A stretch of 63,713 nt of DNA, counting the filler, from Calcarisporiella thermophila CBS 279.70 (taxonomy: Eukaryota; Fungi; Calcarisporiellomycota): assembly GCF_041956535.1 (NCBI RefSeq). It is 8 parts of 8 records of this genome, joined end to end, with 100 filler letters (N's around TTAATTAATTAA, not from the genome) between each part and the next. Parts side by side here need not be neighbours in the genome. Positions count along the whole stretch, not along the records: positions 1 to 22,871 come from NW_027192234.1; 7 more parts are not named here. One strand, written 5' to 3'. The notes under the pieces are model-generated. The model did no database searches. It saw only the letters and a list, made by a program, of their open reading frames with translations, and was not told the DNA's origin. Below, piece after piece: positions 14,046 through 22,971 of the stretch (positions are counted from its first letter, which is position 1; each line of letters begins with the position of its first letter). A program made the position numbers and the translations under genes.

Positions 14046-15557
14046 ATGCCAAAAATGCTTGGAACTCTAGTGGTGGTAGTGCTAAAAGCACGCCATCTTC
14101 CAAATTTTTCTGCCATTGGCAAGCAAAGTGTCTTTTGTACTGTGGCATTAGGTGGAGATGTGCAAATGACGAAAGTAGACAAAAAGGGCGGGCAGAAACC
14201 ATTATTCGATTATCAGATGGAATTTAAAGTGAAAGAGAATGAATACAGATTATTTCTGCAGGTTTTGAGTGGAACCCACGAGAAATCGGATTTGATCGGA
14301 GAATGCATGTTAGATATTACCAGAGCGGTTGAAGAAGGCGAATGGGATGGTAAGTAAAATATGATTATTTGTGAAATTAGTTATTATACTGTGGAATGTA
14401 CCAAAAAACTATAGACTGGTTTAAGCTGGACTCAAAGGGAAGATTTGCTGGAGAATGCTTTATGGAAATGACGTTTTACGCTAGAGTAAAGTATCGCAGA
14501 GATGGTATAAGCTTTTGGGTGAATTTATCAGTGTTGTTTGCTTTTTTTTTTCAATTGCTAGGAACCTTCAAACATAGCAACTACAAATGATTCCTCTATG
14601 GTGCAGCCAACGGAAACTTCTAATGTGACACAGCTCAGTGTTTCCAATACAACGCTACTCTCTTCACAACTTCTTTCCTCAAGTACAATTATGCATGAAA
14701 ACTGGCAATTTTACAATAAGCCTTTTCCTCCCAAGCTTGCTCCCTATACACCACCTCAGGCAACTGGCACCTTTGTTAAAGTGCAAAAACCGCAGTGGAT
14801 CCCTAGCACAGCTGATTCAACTTTTTCTCAACAGAATTTCGTACAGCCTTCATCTCACTCGTTACCCTCCCCACCCCCCTTGGTCTCTTCTCAAAGTTTT
14901 GCACCTACTTCACTGTTTACGCTTACCCAGCCATTGCATCATTATGCAGCTGTCCAGAGACCTGATCAGTGGACGTCTCTTTCTCCTTCCCAATCTCCAC
15001 CCAATATTGGAGTGTATCACCAAGGTTTTATCAATGATGTGCTCCACGCAGAATCGACCAAGGAGTCTATCCCAACTTTTTCAGATATTTATTCAAGCTT
15101 CACAGCCCCTGCTGAGACATCCCAGTCCTTGTTCGAAGAATATTCTAACCCTTATCAGCAGCATCCTCAGCCACCCCCGCATCAACCACAATGGACATCC
15201 TCCGCCATCTCTCCAGAATATTACCCAATTCAACAAGAAAGTTTTCAAAACTTTAACGCAGATCAAGTTGGATATCATCATCCTAACAAAAGCCCGTTGC
15301 CCCCTCCGCCTCTCCAACCACAGACAGACTTTCTCAACCCAAGTATTCATTCGCCAATATCCGCTGCAGCTTATACCCCATACCCTCCGCCACATGATCC
15401 ATGGACTACAACTTCAAACGCTTTTACAGAAATTGGATATGCTTCCTTTCAAAAATTCTCTAAAATACGAGTGTCAAAGCGACATACTGGCTCTCCCCCT
15501 AGCCGTGTGCCTAGGAGAAGAATCTCCAAAGTCGAACTAGAACCAACCTCAGTATGA
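14046..15557 (+). CDS. N-terminal C2-domain protein with Pro/Gln/Ser-rich tail (Fic1/Inn1-like)
   Basis: GTLVVVVLKARHLPN..IGKQSVFC..TKVDKKGGQKP..DLIGEC..GEWD/DWFKL..GRFAGECFMEMTFY, then a low-complexity PxxP-rich exon. The 3' end is uncertain. Confidence 0.78.
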
Positions 15558-15920
15558 TTATTTTATATTTTTCATATTCTTTTGCAGACTTATCGCTTTC
15601 ACTATTGTATCCAATTCTTTATTATACGCTTGATCTGCATACCTCTTGTGAATAAATTTTTGGGTTATTTGAAAATACTATCCTCTCTACACAGTTTATC
15701 ACTTTAGTCCATGCTCTTTGAATCTATTCTGATAATCTCAGCCGAATGAAGTTGAAATATTATAACGCTAAGATCTCATCATAATATGAAATTTACAAAC
15801 ATTTAAATTTCCTCATATTTAAAGAAAAATGATATCAAATCACTATAAAAAAACTAAATCATATATTAATAGATTAAATTATGCTTCCATACTGCGATAG
15901 TAGCCAAAATTAAATCAAAA

Positions 15921-15992
15921 GGGCTCAACCGGGATTTGAACCCGGGACCTCTCCGACCCAAACGGAGAATCATACTACTAGACCATTGAGCC
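15921..15992 (-). tRNA. tRNA-Pro(UGG)
   Basis: Reverse complement GGCTCAATGGTCTAGTAGTATGATTCTCCGTTTGGGTCGGAGAGGTCCCGGGTTCAAATCCCGGTTGAGCCC folds as a cloverleaf with anticodon stem CTCCG/CGGAG and loop TTTGGGT. A T-run terminator follows. Confidence 0.95.
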
Positions 15993-16076
15993 AGAAGAGA
16001 CGAAAAGTTACTGGAATATTGGTATTTTGTATAGAAAGTCATAGCTGCGCCGCAAAAAATTCTCTTTTTACATATT

Positions 16077-16380
16077 GGGGAGAGGTGGTGCAGTGGTCCA
16101 CTTCAGGTGCCATAATCGAAATGGCGCGGGTTCGAACCCCGCAATCCCCACCAGCACTCGCTTCTTGAGATTGCTGTCCACTTGCCCTTTGGCTCTAACA
16201 CGACAAACACGACTTTCACGATAAACACAACAATAACGACTATTACTGACGCAATGAGCGATGCTCGTCAACATGACGTGGATAACTTACTTCGCGTCAA
16301 GCTCTTTCACGTCTGCTTCTTGTAATATTGGGAACTATTAACCTAATAAAAAGTTTCCATTGATTGATCAAAAAAAAAAA
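16077..16380 (+). mobile_element. tRNA-derived SINE-like element, copy 1
   Basis: Head has an A-box (TGGTGCAGTGG), B-box (GGTTCGAACCC) and CCA at 16151-16153. Tail is aataaaaagtttccattgattgatc-polyA. Flanked by direct repeat tctctttttacatatt. Confidence 0.75.
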
Positions 16381-16397
16381 TCTCTTTTTACATATTT

Positions 16398-16735
16398 GGG
16401 GGAGGGTTAGTGTAGTGGACTATCCCTGGGATGCCGATGAGAACGGCGTGGGTTCGAATCCCACTTCCCCCACCAACGCTTACTCTTAGTTTGTGACTGC
16501 TGTCCACTTGTTCAGAAATTGAGTCTTAATTATTGAAAGGATCCCTACTACGATAAGTACAAAGATTACATCGGTTTCACGTACATGCTATTCACGACAA
16601 CTACGATACACGCATATCGATTGAACGCCTATCAACCAAGTATCTATATCTCGTTATGTCAAGTCCATTGACATTAACTTCATGTAATATATGGAAATTA
16701 AATAAAAAGTTTCCATTGATTGATCAAAAAAAAAA
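16398..16735 (+). mobile_element. tRNA-derived SINE-like element, copy 2 (diverged)
   Basis: A-box TAGTGTAGTGG, B-box GGTTCGAATCC and CCA at 16473-16475. Shares tgctgtccacttg and the identical 3' tail with copy 1, and is followed again by ttctttttacatatt. Confidence 0.75.
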
Positions 16736-17020
16736 TTTCTTTTTACATATTTATATAAACTTTAATGCTAGATATTCTAATTCCTTTGAAATTTCTTTCC
16801 TTTTCAATGCTTTTAATTGAGAGTGCTTTGCGTTATCTTGTTATAGCTTTATTGTTATATAAGGGGAGGACTTTATTCTTCGTGAAAACAGAGGCGGATT
16901 AATTTTTGAGTATTGAGTAATAGTAGTGAAATTTGTCGTCTTATTTTCTATTTAATAAGAAAATCCCTGTTTTGTATCCTTCCGTGCAAATCTTCACGCT
17001 ATACCGCTAAATTCACGTAA
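16736..17020 (+). repeat. Left arm of ~300 bp imperfect inverted repeat (partner 18375-18705)
   Basis: For example gtatccttccgtgcaaatcttcacgctataccgctaaattcacgtaa and ctttaatgctagatat..aattcctttgaaatttc occur reverse-complemented at 18375-18675. Confidence 0.85.
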
Positions 17021-18374
17021 CAGAAAATTAAATGTCAGAATTTAGTTTTGATATAAAATTTTTCACTTTTTTTTCGACTTTGTTCTATCGCGACCCTGGA
17101 ATGCCCGGCCATAAATCAGTTTTGGCAAACGGTAGACAGCTTCATTTNNNNNNNNNNNNNNNNNNNNNNNNNNNNNNNNNNNNNNNNNNNNNNNNNNNNN
17201 NNNNNNNNNNNNNNNNNNNNNNNNNNNNNNNNNNNNNNNNNNNNNNNNNNNNNNNNNNNNNNNNNNNNNNNNNNNNNNNNNNNNNNNNNNNNNNNNNNNN
17301 NNNNNNNNNNNNNNNNNNNNNNNNNNNNNNNNNNNNNNNNNNNNNNNNNNNNNNNNNNNNNNNNNNNNNNNNNNNNNNNNNNNNNNNNNNNNNNNNNNNN
17401 NNNNNNNNNNNNNNNNNNNNNNNNNNNNNNNNNNNNNNNNNNNNNNNNNNNNNNNNNNNNNNNNNNNNNNNNNNNNNNNNNNNNNNNNNNNNNNNNNNNN
17501 NNNNNNNNNNNNNNNNNNNNNNNNNNNNNNNNNNNNNNNNNNNNNNNNNNNNNNNNNNNNNNNNNNNNNNNNNNNNNNNNNNNNNNNNNNNNNNNNNNNN
17601 NNNNNNNNNNNNNNNNNNNNNNNNNNNNNNNNNNNNNNNNNNNNNNNNNNNNNNNNNNNNNNNNNNNNNNNNNNNNNNNNNNNNNNNNNNNNNNNNNNNN
17701 NNNNNNNNNNNNNNNNNNNNNNNNNNNNNNNNNNNNNNNNNNNNNNNNNNNNNNNNNNNNNNNNNNNNNNNNNNNNNNNNNNNNNNNNNNNNNNNNNNNN
17801 NNNNNNNNNNNNNNNNNNNNNNNNNNNNNNNNNNNNNNNNNNNNNNNNNNNNNNNNNNNNNNNNNNNNNNNNNNNNNNNNNNNNNNNNNNNNNNNNNNNN
17901 NNNNNNNNNNNNNNNNNNNNNNNNNNNNNNNNNNNNNNNNNNNNNNNNNNNNNNNNNNNNNNNNNNNNNNNNNNNNNNNNNNNNNNNNNNNNNNNNNNNN
18001 NNNNNNNNNNNNNNNNNNNNNNNNNNNNNNNNNNNNNNNNNNNNNNNNNNNNNNNNNNNNNNNNNNNNNNNNNNNNNNNNNNNNNNNNNNNNNNNNNNNN
18101 NNNNNNNNNNNNNNNNNNNNNNNNNNNNNNNNNNNNNNNNNNNNNGATCCTCCAAAAATAAAATTATCGAGACCGGGCCGTCCTTGGAAGACACAGTGGT
18201 TAAGAACCCCGGAGCTTAACCGTTGTGTGCTGGATTTGATTCCTGGTGCCGGCACCAGAACTAGAGATGTGGCCGGGACATACTCTAGGAATTGAGCTAT
18301 AAGCTACTTCCAGACCCAAAATGCCGCCACAACCTTATGCTCCACATTGTCACATTTTCGTGGTAAAGTTTTAT

Positions 18375-18705
18375 TACGTGAATTTAGCGGTATAGCGTGA
18401 AGATTTGCACGGAAGGATACAAAACAAAAAATTTTCTTATTAAAAAGAAAATAAGACCACAAATTTCATAACTGATACTCAATATTCAAAACTAATCCAC
18501 CTCTTCTTTCATGAAGAGTAAAGTCCTCCCCTTATATAACAATAAAACCATAACAAAAGACAACCTCAACCTTACATACCAATAAAACTATAACAAGGTA
18601 ACGCAAAGTAATCTCAATTAAAAGCATTGAAAAGAAAAGAAATTTCAAAGGAATTAGGATATCTAGCATTAAAGATTAACATAGTGCATAAATTGGTAAA
18701 AAGAA
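18375..18705 (-). repeat. Right arm of the inverted repeat
   Basis: Reverse complement of 16736-17020 with substitutions and a ~40 bp internal insertion/duplication. Confidence 0.85.
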
Positions 18706-18803
18706 TTTTTTTTTGATCAATCGACGGAGACTTTTATTAGTTTCCGTAGCTTACAAGAGTTTAATGATTACAATGAAAAAAGAAAGGGGGGAATAAAGGA
18801 GTG

Positions 18804-19327
18804 TTTTTTTATAACAAAGGACTTTTATTGAAAAGTATCCTATCCTGTTAAAAAGGTAGGGTAGCTTCTACGTCAAAATCACCCAGGTAATGCTCCTGGC
18901 CTACCTTGCAGAATTTGGAAGCTAGGAGGAAAAAGTAAGAAAAAGAGGAAGTAAAAGATATAAGTGTTAGTGGAAGAGAGAAAAGGTGATGAGAAAAGAG
19001 CTAGGAAAGTTTGGAAACAGAAATTAGCTTAATAAAGAAGGGGAAAGGAAAATATGTGAGTGGGAGGGATAAAAAGTTGTGTGCAAGGGTATTAAGATAG
19101 GTTGCTTATGTACATGAAATAATGAAGAGAAGGGAAAGATTGAGAAAGTAAAGGAAAGAAGAGAAAAAAAAAAAAGGGAAAGATATGGAAAACGATAGAG
19201 GGAGTGGTATTAATATACAGCGGTGAAGGGTTAGGTGCAGTTCTCAGGCCGGAGTTGGGACTGGGATATGATCTTCAGAGGTGTCCTGGGTGAAAATCAC
19301 AGAATCATCTATGATGTTCACCCAGAA
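18804..19327 (-). mobile_element. 5'-truncated non-LTR retroelement 3' end
   Basis: Pyrimidine-rich 3'UTR-like sequence with AATAAA and poly(A) on the minus strand, bounded on both sides by ggggggaataaagg. Confidence 0.55.
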
Positions 19328-19344
19328 GGGGGGAATAAAGGGGG

Positions 19345-21333
19345 TTTTTTTTTCCTCTAAGGACGCGGGAACTTGCGTCCTGTGGTTTATTTAATATATA
19401 TTACAAATGTGAGATGTGCTTCCGAACAAGCTTATTAAGTACTAGAAAAACATGGGATATAATTTAAAGAGTTCCGTGCTTGGAAATGTCGGATTAAGTG
19501 TTCTTGGCTTCCTCGAAATCGAAGGCTACTTCTTGGCTGTCATCGATCCGGATTAGCGAGCTCTTTCCCCATTTTTGCTTGAACCCTTCTTCGTCTTTTT
19601 TCCTCTGTGCCTGTATCCATTGTCCGTTGATTGCTATGATAAGATCTGACAAAAAGGTACACTTGAATGCGATGTCCTCGTGTTCTTGGTTGTCTGTTAC
19701 AATTGCAATCCTGGACTTATGTATACTCCACACCATGATGTCGTGTAACAACATGGAGACTTGTCGATCTTTGCCCTGTGTCTCCTCGTGGAATCCGAAG
19801 AGTTTCTTGTACTTATGCTTGCTTGTCCAGGGCTTATCGAGGATCTTTTGATGGAGCCTGTTAAACCACCTCCACAGATCTCCAATTCTCGCACATTCAA
19901 AGAAGGCATGTTCTATCGTCTCTATCTCTTCTCGTCGACATCTCTTGCAGTTGGGGCTTGAGTGGTCGAAGTGTTGGGCAATTCTTGCTGTTATTAACTT
20001 ACGTTGAAGGAGTCGCCATCGAAGGATCTTTTGCTTTGGTTCGCTTGGGCGTCTTGGCCAGCTCTTCCAGGCTCTTCTCCACGCTCCTTCATCTGAGGTA
20101 ATGTGTGCCCATTCTCTAGTTACCGCAACTGGATCTGGTGATATCTGGTATAGTCTGCCGAACTTGATAGAGTAGAGCTTGATATTGACACCTGCTATTT
20201 TCAGGTTATGGGTGGGGAATATTCTCGAGTCTGTGAAGGCCGGCATCCTATAGGAGAGTGCTTCCCGAAGATTTAGGGCCAGGGTCAGCTGACCTAGTCG
20301 CCACATTGTGCTGAGCTTGATATAATGTTTGTAAAATCCTTCCTGGTGTTTGACGTGGATAAAACTCACCACGTAGTCCAGTGATCAGGATCGTAGAATG
20401 GCCTATATCTGTTGATATTCTGATAGTATATGAAGAAGTTACCCAGGAACGAGAGCCCATGTTGTTCTCCACGAGATTGCAGTGGTTGTCCTCTCTCGAG
20501 GGCGTATTTGTTCCTATTGATCGGTAGGGTCAAGACTTCCATTGGCGTAATTCTTCTGTCGATATCTAGCTGTCCTTCCAGCTTCCGCCACGCATGGTAT
20601 ATGCTTGGCCAGATGCCATCTCTTCTCATCAGCTTCTGTTTGCCGTAGTCGGTTGTGAGTATTCCTAGGCCTAACTGGTTCGGGACGTAGTGTTTCGTAA
20701 GAACATGGATGGCTAAGTGATACCATGGGGGCGGTATGCGTTCTCTTTGCGCATTGTGGATACTTTGGATCCAGGAAGCAAGAATGGCTGTATATTGGTG
20801 TTTTGGTTCAATTAATCCCAGACCAAAGCACTTTAGCTGTTCCAGGTGACTTCTCTCGATGTGCGAGCGGCGCCCTCCCCAGATGAATTGCTAGACTTTC
20901 CGGGAAATTCTATCAAAGAAGTCTTGTTTAATGGGAATAAGATAGGCTAAGTACTAGATCTTGGACAAAAGTCTAGAGTTGTTGGAGAACGACCAGGCAT
21001 GATCTAAGTCTGAATAGTTGTTGTGTTACGACGGTTATTTCATACTTATACAAATATGTATAAGCAAGTATCTTATCGTCATTATTAGTTATCATCTCCT
21101 ATTCTATCATATATATATAGGATGTGCTTTCTCTCTTTTGAATTCCCTTTTTGTGTGTGTTATTTTGTGTTATCCCTTCTATCTGTCTTCTTTCCTTTTA
21201 TTAATATACTCTTAATAAGATCCAACAAGAGTTAACAAGCAAAACTTTTCCTGGGAGGGATATCGAGCGTGATTTCCAGGTTTTAGCTGTTTTCTCTAAC
21301 TTCTCCAACAATTGTTTGTAGAATGACGTGGGC
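19345..21333 (-). mobile_element. 5'-truncated, degenerate Tx1/L1-clade LINE (ORF2 post-RT region plus zf-RVT)
   Basis: WKSRSISLPGKVLLVNS/RLLSKI, FIWGG..FGLGLI, then CKRCRREEIETIEHAFFEC (CCHC zf-RVT). Frameshifts and stops are present. 3' hairpin ggacgc..gcgtcc precedes poly(A). TSD ggggaataaagggg occurs at 19330 and 21334. Confidence 0.85.
20980..21227. mobile_element. Solo LTR inserted in the LINE
   Basis: 248 bp with terminal inverted TGTTGGA...TCCAACA and a 5 bp TSD agagt (20975-20979, 21228-21232). The LINE reading frame resumes across it. Confidence 0.85.
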
Positions 21334-21665
21334 GGGGAATAAAGGGGTGGGGATAGTGGGAATAGCTAGAGGATTGTCGATATAGAACCTTATTATCCGA
21401 CTGTTACGTGCAGAATTGAGAGATGTGGAGAATAGTAGCTAGAGTTACCCAAAAACTTCATTGTTTTCTTTATTCTTCTGTACTTTGTTCTTATATAGCA
21501 AAAAAGAGTTTCGATAAAGGATTTGGATGGATATATGCTAGTTGAATAAGGAGGATCGTCGCATAAAAAATAACGAAAATGCAGCTGATGCATGATAAAG
21601 ATAAGCAGATGCATAACGAAGATAGCAATTGGTACTTGACAATCGATTAGATAGCTTCAATCCCG

Positions 21666-22871
21666 TTTTTCTTTTTGATCAATGCCGAGTCTTTATTGTA
21701 TAGGAAGACTCTAAAATACAATTGTTACATTATTATAAGCAATAAAGTGAAAGGGAAGCCAAAGTTAAAGCTTTGTGTGATATCGTAGATCGAAATGATA
21801 TGTTGGTCATATCGACTTTCAGCTCAAATAGGTAAGGGAATGGTGAAACTCAACTAACTGTGGATATCGAAGGATAACATGAGAGGTGGGGTGGGGAGTA
21901 AACAAATGGAAGCAGAGGATAGGGAGGGGATAATGTAGGGATTACTGCGTTATCCCAGTATCAGTGTCGCTCTGATCGCTCCTTCTCTAACCGCGCCCAG
22001 TTTGCACCACCTTCTTTGAAACTGTTCGATTTACCGGTTTTTTCGTGCTCGGATTAGTTCGGCTCCTATCACTTCCTCAATATCTAGTTTGGCCCGGTTG
22101 ATGATTATTTCGGGTGAGGCTCGGGTGCTTTCGAAATGAGAGGCGATCCGATCTCGGTGGATTTGCCACAACACCGAGTCAAAAGTAATTCGGGCTACGT
22201 GTCTCGCTGTTCTCGAGGATTTCGTGAGGTCTCCCAGTATGAGGTTGCGAGCAGTCAGCACCGGAGTATTCTGGGGGCCTGTGATGGTGACGATACACCT
22301 CTCCCCCCATTGCCATACTGGTGTGAGTTCAGGACATTCGAAGAAAGTATGACGAATTGTGTCTCTCGAGGCGTTACATCGGGTGCACTTCGGATCGTGG
22401 CCAGGAAATGTCGAGTTAGTGATCACTCGTTCCACAAGAATCCGCCAGCGTAGTGCACGGTGTTTTGGGAGGGTGGGTCGTTTGTGGACGGAAGTCCAGA
22501 TTTTCTTCCAATCCTCGGGTGTAGATCCAGCCTCTGGCCAGGATTGAGGCACCAATATGTTCGGCTCTAGAGAGCCGTTGCGCCGGAAGTGACGTCCTTG
22601 TCGGGTGGAGTATTCTACGACAGGCCTGCCGGCCAGGTGGCAGTGATAAAGTGGGAAACGAGGGTGAGGGTGTTGTTGCGGTATATCAGTACACTCCGTG
22701 ACCTTTACAACTAAGCTCGGGGGTAAATTGAGGTAACGGAGCTCCCATCCAAGAGAACGGCTGCAGTATCGGCGGTGGCACGCGTTCCTTAGCTTTTCAG
22801 TAGGGAGCGCAGACCCTACAAAAACCCGCCTGGTGAAAACCGCTAGAAAACGTATAGGAGCATGTAGAAAA
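21666..22871 (-). mobile_element. Tx1/L1-clade LINE 3' portion (runs into gap)
   Basis: ORF 22031-22555 has W..IW..LRWRIL..CTRCNASRDTIRHTFFEC (zf-RVT). The 3' tail is aataaagactcggcattgatcaaaaa. Confidence 0.85.
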
Positions 22872-22971
22872 NNNNNNNNNNNNNNNNNNNNNNNNNNNNN
22901 NNNNNNNNNNNNNNNTTAATTAATTAANNNNNNNNNNNNNNNNNNNNNNNNNNNNNNNNNNNNNNNNNNNN

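Noticed and set aside
14638-15540. 300 aa alternative-frame ORF overlapping the C2 gene tail
   Set aside because: No recognisable motifs; likely a by-product of C-rich low-complexity coding sequence. The same applies to antisense ORFs over the UBP, TUP1 and DBF4 genes.
16077-16153. CTTCA in the first tRNA-like head suggesting tRNA-Sec (UCA)
   Set aside because: No anticodon stem surrounds it, the second copy lacks it, and the Sec acceptor/T-stem geometry is absent.
16060-16752. Repeat-spacer-repeat pattern resembling a CRISPR array
   Set aside because: The units are ~300 bp, homologous to each other and poly(A)-tailed; the context is eukaryotic with no cas genes. Target-site duplications explain the repeats.
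17032-18255. Long ORFs made of X residues
   Set aside because: Artefacts of translating the N gap.
22872-22971. TTAATTAATTAA embedded in N runs (also at ~38630, 41480, 44350, 49890, 57225 and 60695)
   Set aside because: Artificial scaffolding spacer with stops in all frames; not biological.
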